In this document: one piece after another, positions 47,958 to 58,318 of the stretch
Position numbering within the stretch: the first letter of the stretch is position 1
How the letters are laid out: the number at the start of each line of letters is the position of its first letter
NCBI GenBank assembly: GCA_965240325.2
Contig: OZ251222.1
Span: 2,790,001-2,854,000, forward strand
Reading direction: 5' to 3'
From: Rebecca billardiae RCC1528
Lineage: Eukaryota; Protista; Haptophyta
Length of the DNA: 64,000 bases
Translations under genes and position numbers: made by a program
Notes under the pieces: generated by a model
The model's input: only the letters and a program-made list of their open reading frames with translations
What the model was told of the DNA's origin: nothing
Database searches by the model: none

Positions 47958-48325
47958 AGATGGCCCGGGTCCGCGATCCTGCCGCGCGGTGCGACTGTCA
48001 GTCCTCAGTGTTCATTATCACCGCTGTCAAAGTGGAAGTGCCCCGTCGGGAGCGGCGGTGTCGTTGGCGTCCGAATCAATCAGGCCAGCAGTAGAGAGTC
48101 GTCTCGTTATGTTTGCACGGTGCTCCCGACGGCGGCGGAAGCGGGCCCCCTGCCTTCGACAGTCGCCGGCACCAACATTTTAAAATGGCAATTTCGGAAG
48201 CAGAAATCCACGACCCGAAATTCCTGCCACGGATTTCGTCATCGCCATTTTCAATTTCGGCACCGGAGCGATATATATATGTGCATGTTGAAACGGTCAT
48301 CGTCGTTTGAGACGAGCGAACTAAG

Positions 48326-51140
48326 ATGGCGTCCGCCGCGCCCAGTCTCGTGCGCGGAGAGGTGGTGGTGATCTTTGGTAGCGGCGCCGCGGCGGACGGC
48401 AGCCGTGCGCGCGTGAGCAAGTGCATCGGTGATCGTGTCGTGCTCGCGCCGGGCAGCGCGATCCGCGAGGTCGGGCTCGACCGTGTGCTCGCGCTGCCGC
48501 TCGCGCCCAGCTCGGAGCGGTACTTCAACGAGCACAAGCTCGGCTTCGACACGCGCGTGGGCGACGGCTTCGTCGACCGGCCGGATGGTGGATGCGCGTG
48601 CGCTGCCCTTGCCGGAGGCTCTCGTATGCCGCCCGCCAGACGCGGCCGTCGACCGCGAGGTGCTTTTGGTCGACGCGCGCGTCGACAAGTGCCTACGCGA
48701 TCGCGTCGAGCGAGCACGCGCGGAGCTGCAGCCAATCACGGACAAGCGCGATCGCATCAAGCAGCTGGGGTCGCTCGTGTCCACGTGGCTCGGGGGCTTG
48801 CCGCGTGACCTCGACGAGAAGTGCGAGCGCGAGATCAACACGCTCGTGCAGGCGAAGGGCTCGATGCTCGTGCCGCTCGGCGACATCTCGCACGGCGTGT
48901 GCCGGCACCGCGCGCTGCTCTTCAAGGTGCTGTGCGACAAGGTGGGCATCGAGTGCGCGCTGGTGCGCGGCGACTTGTCGGGGACCAAGTCCGCTGGGGC
49001 GCACGCGTGGAACGTGGTGCACGTCTACGGCAGCGCCTACATCGTCGACTTCATGGACAAGCCGGGCGAGATCTACCAGCGCGAGGACAACAAGAAGGGC
49101 CGCGCGCGCTACTGCCTGCTTGCCGAGCGCGGGGCTGACGACGCTGAGGAGCGCGGCGACGGCAGCATCCAGAGCTTGCCCGCACCATCGCTGCGCCCGC
49201 AGTGGCACGTGCGCTCGAGCGACGTCGTGTACGAGCGCCGCCGCGCGGACGGCGCCAAGGTGCTGCTTGGCAGCGGCAGCTCGGGGCGTGTGTACGCGGG
49301 CCGGCTGAAGGTGGCGCAGCCCATCGCGATCAAGCGGCTGAACGCCGCCGGCGCCGATGCCCGCACCGAGTTTGAGCGCGAGGTGGCGATTCTGCACCAG
49401 CTGCGCCACCCGCACATCGTGCTCTTCTACGGCGCGTGCGGAGACGACCCGGACAACTTGATCATCGTCACCGAGCGCATGCACGGCGGCAGCCTGAACG
49501 ACGCGCTCGAGAAGGACGCGGAGCGCGTGGCCTGGGCGGCCGCGGGTGCGCGCATCGCGCTGCACGTGGCGTACGCGCTGCACTACCTGCACACGCTCGA
49601 GCCGCCCGTGGTGCACTACGACGTCAAGCCGGAGAACGTGCTCCTCATCGAGGACTACAGCCTGGCCAAGCTCGCAGACGTGGGGCAGGCGCGCTCCAAG
49701 ATGGGCTCGCGCGTGACGGCGCGCGGCCACACGCCGGCATATGCCGCGCCGGAGGTGAAGGCTGGGCGCAGGGCGAACGAGAAGGCAGACATCTACAGCT
49801 TCGGCGTGCTCGTCGAGGAGCTGCTCACGCAGCAGCAGCCGAGCGGACGGGCGCGGCCCCGGCTGCCAGACGAGACGCCCGCGGAAGTGCGTGAGCTGGC
49901 GAAGAGCTGCCTTAAGAAGGCCGCGCTCCGCCCGAGCGCCTCCGACCTCGTGGTCACGCTCGAGGGCGCAGCTGCGGAAGCCGCACGAGCCGCTGCTGCT
50001 GTGCGCACGGAGGCAACGCTGCCCAGCGCGTCCGAGCCCCAGATGGAGTGCGAGGGCGCTGACGACGGAGCTGGCGCAGAGATGGAGCCTGCTGCTGCGG
50101 TGGCGGCGCCCGCCGCTCCACGCATGGCTGCACAGCCGTTGCCGCCCAAGCCGCCCGCTGCGGTGGCAACAGGGCCCGCTGCAGCTGCTGTGCCCGGAGA
50201 AGTAGAACTGGAAGCGATGAGCGGGACGGAGCTGTGCACGGCCATCCGCACCGCCTTGGCTCCGGCTGCAGCCGAGTGCGCGCTGAGAGCGGCTGCGGCG
50301 CGGTGGTGGTCCAGGCGTGATGCCGCTGAGGCGGGCGCGCTCGGCGCGGTGGTGGGCGCGATGGGCGCGCACACGGCGCACGCGGGCGTGCAGGAGCAGG
50401 CGTGCGGGGCGCTGAGCAACATCTGCGATGGCGACGCGCGCAGGCAGCAGGCGGCCGAGGCGGGCGCGCTCGGAGTGGTGGTGGGCGCGATGGCCGCGCA
50501 CACGGCGCGCGCGGGCGTGCAGGAGCAGGCGTGCACGGCGCTGCTCAACATCTGCGGTGGCGACGATGCGGCTGTCGACGCGCGCGCGCAGCAGGCGGCC
50601 GAGGCGGGCGCGCTCGGTGCGGTGGTGGGCGCGATGGCCGCGCACACGGCACACGCAGGCGTGCAGGAGCACGCGTGCTGGGCGCTAATCAACATCTGCG
50701 GTGGCGACGATGCGGCTGGCGATGCGCGCAGGCAGCAGGCGGCCGAGGCGGGCGCGCTCGGCGCAGTGGTGGGCGCGATGGGCGCGCACACGTCGGATGC
50801 GGGCGTGCAGGAGAAGGCGTGCTGGGCGCTGCTCAACATCTGCGATGGCGACAACGCGGCGGGCCAGAGGCGTAAGCAGCAGGCGGCCAAGGCAGGCGCG
50901 CTGCGCGCGGTGGTGAGCGCAATGGGCGCGCACGCGGCGCACGCGGGCGTGCAGCAGCAGGCGTGCTGGGCGCTGCTCAACATCTGCGATGGCGACAACG
51001 CGGCGGGCCGGAGGCGTAAGCAGCAGGCAGCAGCGGCGGGCGCGCGTGCAGTGATGCTCATCGCTGCGCAGGAGGCACACCGCACCTCCAGAGGGATCCA
51101 GTACGTGACAGACAGGGTGCTGAGGGACCTGCCGCAGTGA
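48326..51140 (+). CDS. EDR1/CTR1-domain TKL kinase with C-terminal armadillo repeats (frame break near 48580-48640)
   Basis: EDR1 motifs SERYF...GDGFVD, REVLLVD, GVCRHRALLFKVLCD, HAWNVV; kinase GSGSSG, AIK, HYDVKPEN, LADVG, YAAPE; about five AAEAGALGAVVGAM...GVQEQAC.AL.NIC repeats. Confidence 0.82.
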
Positions 51141-51339
51141 GCCAGTGATGACGGTACTCCTTGTCCCCGTCCTTTTGATGATGATATGGCAGCCAGCATC
51201 AGCCTACTGCTCCGACGCGCGCCTGAGGCTGAGTGCCCTGAGTTAATAGTCGTTATGCCCGAGCAGCAGCTGACTACTGAGCCGCTAGTGATTTCGTCAG
51301 TTGATGACAGCAGTAGTCAAGGCGCTGCCCAGCACTCAG

Positions 51340-52055
51340 AACTCTGATGCTCTCGTTCTGCCTGTCGCCAAACTCGCGGCTGATGGCCAGCGCACGCCTG
51401 CTCCAGGGCCTCCATCTGCTAACCGCGCAACGTGGTTGGTCGTCCCCGCCGCCCGCGCGGACCGCGCCGGATCACCGCGTGGTCACCGGCACAGCGACCG
51501 CGCCAGACACCGGCCAAGGAGGGTCGCCGAGTCCGAGTCCGGCCGATGGCACGGCACGGTGGCCCTGCCGACCCGCGGACCCGCCGCGCCCGCCTCCGAC
51601 CCCGCCGCCGCTCGCTGGCGTCGCGGGTGCGGGACCGTCACCAACACCCGCGGCGCCCGGCCGCCCGGGCCGGCCCAGCGACCGCCTGCGCAGCGCCGCT
51701 TCCATATTGCATTGTGCTGCTGGCCGGCTGGCGCTGGCCGTCACGGGAGGGCGGGACCGTCGTGGTGGACATCATGGACGCCGCTGCGTGGGACGAGGCG
51801 CTCTGGCTCAGGGCGTGGCGCATGCGTACGCACTGCACGCCGATTCGGCTGCTGGAGGGTGCGTAGTCGCGCGTCGCGCGCGCGTCTCGATCGTGGGCGA
51901 CGACCCGCCCGACCCATATATCTGCTGCCACGCAGCACACGGGCAGTCCGCCCGCGCCTGATGCGCATTGCGTTGTATTTATGTAATATAATAGATCTGC
52001 TCACTCGCTCAGGTGCAACGCCAGCGGCAGCAACGCGCGTGCGCGCGCTGCCCAC
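51340..52055. pseudogene. Decayed copy of the TPR-CHAT 5' end, the bidirectional promoter and GAPVD1-like exon 1/intron 1
   Basis: Aligns by eye with 54890-55317 (gcctgctccagggcctccat; atggacgccgc.gcgtggga; gggcag.ccgcccgc.cctgatg), with many small insertions. Confidence 0.8.
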
Positions 52056-52198
52056 GCAATAACTGTCGCTACCTGCCCCTGGACGATGGTCCGCCGCCTT
52101 CGTCGGACGAGCAGGCTGAGCGCTGAGCCGCAGACCTAGCAGCATACAGTACACGATCTTGTCCAGCTATAAATGTCAGCAGCAGTGTCTCAGTCTCG

Positions 52199-54940
52199 TC
52201 AGATGGACGGAGCTCCGAACACGACAAATGGCGCCCAGTGGCGGATGTGGAACACGGCACGTTCTGAGCCGTCGTCATCGTCGCACTTGGTCTTATGAAG
52301 CAGCTCGCGCAAAGTTGCTCGCATCAAGTCTGCAACATCCAAATGCGCGTCGCCGCCAACTTCCGCCGGTTGGAGGCTCCCAGCCAGCCGCCCATACAGC
52401 TCCTCCATCATGTAGCAGGTCTTCCTGTCACTGACGGGCCACAGCGAGGCGATGAGCGTGCTGCAGCCCGCGGAGAGGAAGGCGCGCGAGATGCCGATCA
52501 GCCCCTCCGAGCGCAGCTCGCCGCGGAACGTGTCGCACGCGCTTAGCACCATGAGCTGCATCTCTCGCAGGTCGAGAGACTCCACGTCCACCATCCCCAG
52601 CATCGCCTCGTCGTAGCTGGAGCCAGCCAGGTGCAGGCCTGTCGGCGAGCCGTGCACGGCCAGGTGCACAAAGTGTGCGCGCGCGAGGTGCTCCATGAGC
52701 GCTGGCTTCGTCACCTGCTCGCCCTTCAGCAGCGTCACCTCCAGCTTGCTCGCCACGGCCGCCCCCGAGTCCAAGAGCTGGCTTCTCACGGCGCGCGCCT
52801 CGGTGTGCGCTTTGCGAAGATCGTCCAGCGCCTCGCCCACCACGTCGCCCACGGCGAGCTGCTTCGAGAGTCGCTGCCGGTCGGCAGGCTCGAGGTCACA
52901 CACCACCTTCCGTGCGCCGCCGTCGACCGCCTTCGCCTCCACCCACACGCACCAGTCGCTGTCATCGTGCACGCACCAGCCTCTGTCACCGCGCACGCCT
53001 CGCCTCGCCTCCTCCACGTCCTCCTCGGTCTCCAGCCGCCACGGCAGCTCGTAGCCGGAGTAGTCTCTCACGCCTGCGACGAGGGCGCGCTGCACGGAGT
53101 CGTCCTGCGCGCGGGCGGCGCGGCTGGCCGCCCGGTGCTCCTCGAGCTGCAAAAGTGCGCCAACCGAAGGCGCGACGCTCAAGGCGTGGCGCTCGACCAG
53201 GTACTTGCCCTCAGCGTCGAGCAGCGCGGCAAACGGCAGCGCGTGCAGGGGGCCATCTGGCAGCAGCACGAGCCTCTCGCGCCCCATCAGCGCCTGTGCC
53301 AGCGGCTCGACGAGCAGCTCGTGACACCGCCGCAGCAGCACCTTCGCCTCCGCATCGGCGGCATCTCGATCAACGCGGCGGCGCTTCCCCCTCGTTTCCG
53401 CCATCGCTATCCGTACGGAGGCCCGGATGCAGGGCTCACAGGGCTCACCAGCGGCGCTGTCCTCGGTGTAGCCTGTTGCACCTTTCGAATGGCCGCTGCG
53501 GCTGAGGATCGCGTCGCGCGTGTCAGCCACGAGTGCACCCACCGACTGCTCGCGCAGCTCGAGCATGTGCAGCTGCGGCGCCAATCGCGGGTCTGGTCGG
53601 ACCACCCACGCCAAGATGCTCGACTCGGTCACCTGCGAGAAGAGCACGAGGCACGCTCGATGGCGCACAGCGTACTCGCGCATCTGCTGCCACGAGGGTG
53701 CCTGCGGCAGCGCGCGCGAGGGGCTTGCGTTCGTATTGGAGCTGCTCGATGGCTGCTGCCAATGCTGGCGCGCGAGCAGCAGCGCGAGCGAGCGGGCGCG
53801 GCTGCGCTCAGCCGCCTCGAGCGCCTCTGCGTCCCTCCCTCCCTCCACGAGCGCACGCTGCAGGCCATTGGAGGCCACGACTGGCAGGTGGGTGTCCCCA
53901 AACGAGACGCGCGCCTGATCGGAGTCCAGAGCGGCCCACAGCGCGTCGTACACGGACAGAGCTGCCTCGCACTTCTCGACTGCGGGCGTGTACTGCCCGA
54001 GGCTGAAGTACGCGTTTCCAAGGTTGCCCAGGTGGTTGCCTTCGCCCCTCCTGTCGCCAATCTCGCGGCTGATGGCCAGCGCCTGCTCGTAGTAATCGAT
54101 GGCACGCGAGTATTGCCCGAGGCTCCTGTAGCAGTTGCCCAGGTTGCCCAGCGCGTTGCCCTTGCCCGGCCTGTCGTTAATCTCACGGCTGACGGCCAGC
54201 GCCTGCGCGTACTGCTCGATGGCTGGCTGATACTGCCCGAGGCTGAAGTACGCATTGGCCAGATTACCCATGAGCTGGCCAACAACCCGCGTGTTGCCAA
54301 TCTCACTGCTGATGGTCAGCGCCTGCTCGTAGTAATCGATGGCGGCCGTGTACTGCCCTAGGCTGCTGTACGCGTTGCCCAGGTTGCCCAGGAGCGGGCC
54401 CACGACCTGCCTGTCGCCAATCTCATGGCTGATGTCCAGCGCGTGCGCGTACTGCTCGATGGCGAGCTGATACTGCCCGAGGCTGAAATACGCGTCGCCC
54501 AGGTTGCTCAGGCGGTTGCCCTCGCACTCCCTGTCGCCAATGGCGCGGCTGATGGCCAGCGCCTGCTTCAGAAAGCCGATGGCGAGCTCGTAATGCCCGA
54601 GGAAGAGGTGCGCGCAGCCGAGGTTGCCCAGCACTCTGCTCTCGTTCTGCCTGTCCTGAATCTCGCGGCTGATGACCAACGCCTTCTCATGGTACTTGAT
54701 GGCGACCTCGAACTCCCCAAGGCTGTCATATGCTCTGCCCAGACTGCCCAGGATGATGACCTTGGCCTGCCTGTCGCCAATCTCATTGCTGATGGTCAGC
54801 GCCTTCTCGTAGTACTCGATGGCGCGCGTGTACTGCCCGAGGCTGTCATATGCACTGCCTAGGTGGACCAGCGCGCGGCCTGCGCCCCGCGTGTCGCCAA
54901 TCGCGCGGCTGTCGGCCAGCGCCTGCTCCAGGGCCTCCAT
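52199..54940 (-). CDS. TPR-CHAT protein (TTC28-like; caspase-like CHAT peptidase)
   Basis: Eight 40-aa TPRs at 120-bp period; AERSRARSL, LPDGPLHALPFAAL, catalytic His HLAVHG and Cys LSACDT, SLWPVSD, WAPFVVFG. Confidence 0.92.
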   Translation of the reverse strand: MEALEQALADSRAIGDTRGAGRALVHLGSAYDSLGQYTRAIEYYEKALTISNEIGDRQAKVIILGSLGRAYDSLGEFEVAIKYHEKALVISREIQDRQNESRVLGNLGCAHLFLGHYELAIGFLKQALAISRAIGDRECEGNRLSNLGDAYFSLGQYQLAIEQYAHALDISHEIGDRQVVGPLLGNLGNAYSSLGQYTAAIDYYEQALTISSEIGNTRVVGQLMGNLANAYFSLGQYQPAIEQYAQALAVSREINDRPGKGNALGNLGNCYRSLGQYSRAIDYYEQALAISREIGDRRGEGNHLGNLGNAYFSLGQYTPAVEKCEAALSVYDALWAALDSDQARVSFGDTHLPVVASNGLQRALVEGGRDAEALEAAERSRARSLALLLARQHWQQPSSSSNTNASPSRALPQAPSWQQMREYAVRHRACLVLFSQVTESSILAWVVRPDPRLAPQLHMLELREQSVGALVADTRDAILSRSGHSKGATGYTEDSAAGEPCEPCIRASVRIAMAETRGKRRRVDRDAADAEAKVLLRRCHELLVEPLAQALMGRERLVLLPDGPLHALPFAALLDAEGKYLVERHALSVAPSVGALLQLEEHRAASRAARAQDDSVQRALVAGVRDYSGYELPWRLETEEDVEEARRGVRGDRGWCVHDDSDWCVWVEAKAVDGGARKVVCDLEPADRQRLSKQLAVGDVVGEALDDLRKAHTEARAVRSQLLDSGAAVASKLEVTLLKGEQVTKPALMEHLARAHFVHLAVHGSPTGLHLAGSSYDEAMLGMVDVESLDLREMQLMVLSACDTFRGELRSEGLIGISRAFLSAGCSTLIASLWPVSDRKTCYMMEELYGRLAGSLQPAEVGGDAHLDVADLMRATLRELLHKTKCDDDDGSERAVFHIRHWAPFVVFGAPSI

Positions 54941-55107
54941 CCGTGAACCGCGCACCGTGGTTGGTCGCCGGCGCGCACCGCGACGTGGTCGCAGTCGCTT
55001 CACTCACGGCCCGGCTGTCCGGTGGGCCGCTGCCGGAGCTCCGCCCGCTGCGCACACGTGCGGCTGGCTTGGGCGCGGCAAGGGTGCGCGGGACCGTCCT
55101 GGATACC

Positions 55108-56863
55108 ATGGACGCCGCCGCGTGGGAGGCGCTCTGGCGCCGGGCGCGGCGTGTGCACGCCGAGCGGCTGGAGGGTGCGTCGCGTCGCGCGCGCGTCTCC
55201 ATCGTGGGCAATGAGCCGCCCGACCCATCCGCTGCCACACACACGGGCAGCCCGCCCGCACCTGATGTTTGATGTGATCTCACTCGCTCTGGTGCGCGCG
55301 CGCGCGCGCGCGCGCAGAGGACGGGCGGATCCAGCGCTGCCGCGCCGAGCTGAACGAGCTCGAGGCCACTGCATCTGAGCTGAGCGAGCGGCTGCAGGCG
55401 ATGCGCGCCGCGCGCGCGGCGCGCGACGCCGACGCGCGGCCGGCGGGTGCGGTGCCGGCCACGCTGCGGCCCCTGCAGCTGCCGCTCGGCGCGTTGCTGT
55501 CGCTCCTCCGCGCGGACAGCGCGTACGTCGTCGAGCTGGTCGCGGCAGGCGGCGGCCTCGACGCCGACGTGCGCTGCCACGGCGACGACGAGCCCGAGCT
55601 CCTCGACGCGCTCGCGCGCTGTCTGCTCGGCTGCCCGTGGCACCCGGAGGACGCGGCCGCGACGCTGTCTCTCGTCGAGGCGCTGGTGGAGGCGCGGCTC
55701 GAGCGCGCGGCGGGCGGCGAGGCGGCGGAGGCGTCGGAGCCCGATGCGCTGCGCACCGCGCTCGTGCCCGAGCGCTGCTTCGTCGGCCGCCTCCTCGCCG
55801 CCCTCCTCGGCGCCGCGCCGGGCGGCGAGGGCTGGCTCGCGGCGGTGTGCTCGGAGCAAGTCGAGGCGATCGTGGGCGGCGCGGGCGCGGAGCCGGGGCT
55901 GGTGCACGACCCGGCGGGCGCGTACGCGCAGCTCGAGCCGAGCGCGCGCGGCGCCGTCGACGCGGACGTCGCCTCCGGCGCGAGCCCCAGCGCGGCGGAG
56001 CACCCGGCGGTGCTCGGCGCGCTCGCGCGCCGCAGCGCCGCGCTCGAGCTGGCGTGTGAGGCGGTGCTGGGCGCGATGGGTGCGCACGCGCGCGCGCTGC
56101 CCGCGCTCGTGGCGCAGGCGGCGCGGCGCGCGCTCGAGGCGTGCGAGCGGCGCGGGCTTGGCGCGCGTGCCGCGCGCGCCGTGTGCACGCAGCTCGTCGT
56201 GCACTGCTACCTCGCCCCCGCTCTCGCGCAGCCCGAGGCTGCCGGCCTGCTCGGCGCTGGCCAGCTCGCCGCGGCCGACGCGGCGGGCGGCTCGGCGGCG
56301 GCCGGGGCGAGCGTGAGCCTCCGTGCGCTCGCGCACGCGGTGTGCACGCTGTGCGCGCGCGCGGCGGACGCGCCGCCCGCCTGCACGCCCGAGCACGCCG
56401 GCGCAGCCCTCGCGTCGGCCGACGAGGCAGCGGCCGCCTCACCGGCCGCGGCCGCGCTCTCGAGTGACGACGACGCGGCCCTTGCGCGCGCACTGGGAGT
56501 GTCGGCAGAGCGCGCGGCAGCGCTGCGCGGCTGCGCGGGGCGCGCGCTGGCGTGCGTGCTCGACGCGCTCGGCGCGCCCCCCGCCGACCCCGCCTCTCCG
56601 CGCGCCCTCGCGCCCATCGGCGCGCGGCCCGCGCCCGCGCCGTGGCCGCCCTTCGAGTGTCGGGTGCGGCTGGGGCCTTTGCACGCGCGGCTGCTGCTGC
56701 GGCTGTGCTCTGCGCACGCCGAGTCGCTGTGCAGCGTGCCGGGCTCGTGGCAGCTGGTCGAGGTGCTGCGCGCGCTCGGCGAGCAGGAGCAGCGCGCACG
56801 CTCGCCCGTCGGCGCGGCGGGTGCCCGCGGGGCCGGCATCGCCGGTGCCGGCAGCTGCGGCGG

Positions 56864-56925
<62 letters not shown>

Positions 56926-58207
56926 ATGCGCCCTTCCTGCTGGCCGTGGGCGAGCGGGCGATCGAGGAGTGGCAGGCGGCGACGGACGACGCGCGCGCGG
57001 AGGCGCTGGGCGAGCCGAGCGCGCCGCCCGCGCTCCGCCCGACCGCCTCTGCCGGCGGCCAGTCCGACACATCCGCTGCCGCCGAGGGCTTGGCGGAGGG
57101 CTCGGCGGCACTCGGCGCGGACGGCGGCGCGGACGGCGATGGCGGCGGTGGCGAGGCCGCCGACGCGGCGGAGGCGCGCGCGAGCGCGTGGCTCGCGCGC
57201 GCGGCGGCGTGGCTCGTGGCCGTGCTCCCGCGCGCGCCGGTGCACGCCGCCGCCGCGCGCGTTGCCGGCCGGCGCGGCGGCGCGCCGCCCGCCGCGAGCG
57301 GCCGCGATGACGACGGCGGCCTGTCTGCGGTTTTGGCTGCACTGCGCGCGCACGGCGCGGGCGCGCGCGCGCTCGAGCGGTGGGGGCTGGACGCGCAGGT
57401 GCAGGAGTGCCGCGGCGCGCTGCGCCGCTGGCGCCGGCTGCGCACCGCCGCGCACGCCGCCGAGCTGCTCGACGCCGTCAGCGCGCGCCTCGCCACGCTG
57501 GAGGCGCGCACGCGCGAGCGCGGCGCCGCGCGCGCCGCGGCCGAGGCGGAGCGCGAATGCGCGCGCGCGCACGTGCGCGCGCTGCGCGAGCTGCGCGCGC
57601 TCGCCGAGGCGAGCGCGCGGCGCGCGGCGCTGCCGGCGGCGGCGCAGCCCGCGAGCGGCGTCGCGGGCACGCCCGCTCGGCGCGACGGCGGCTCGTCACG
57701 ACGCGGCTCGGGCTCCGGGCTTGCCGCCGCGGCGCTCGCAGCGCTGAGCCCGTCGTCGGCCGGCGGCGGCGGCGGCGCGTCACGGGCGCACGAGACGCGC
57801 GCGCACCGCGCGGAGGCGCGCGGCGCCGCGGCGGCGGTGGTGGCCGAGCTCCGCCGCGCGCACTCCGCCGACTCCCTCTGGGCCCACCTCGGCGCGCCCG
57901 CGCGGCTGCGCACGGCCGCGCACGCGAGCGCGCCTGTTTTTGAGGCGGCGCTGCGCGAGGCCGCGGCAGTCGAGGCGTGGGCGGACGGCGACGCGCGCGC
58001 GCAGACGCTCGCGGCGCTCGCGGCGCGCGCGTGCGCCGCGCTCGACGCCGCGCTGCGCGCGGACGGCGTCGCGCTGCCCGCCGAGACAGCCGTCCGCTCG
58101 CTCGTCCCCGTCCTTGCCTGGTGCCTGGCGCGCGCCGCGGCGCCGCGGCGGGGTCTGCCGAGCGCGTGGGTGGATGCCGCGCTGGACGGCGCGGCGCAGG
58201 GTGTCGG

Positions 58208-58245
<38 letters not shown>

Positions 58246-58282
58246 GGCAGAACCCGCCGTCCGGCCTTGCCGAGGCCGAGGC

Positions 58283-58318
<36 letters not shown>

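Noticed and set aside
48180-48255. Nested short inverted repeats (aaaatggc/gccatttt, gaaatcc/ggatttc) as an ncRNA
   Set aside because: Arms of 7-8 bp in an AT-rich promoter could be chance; no RNA family recognised
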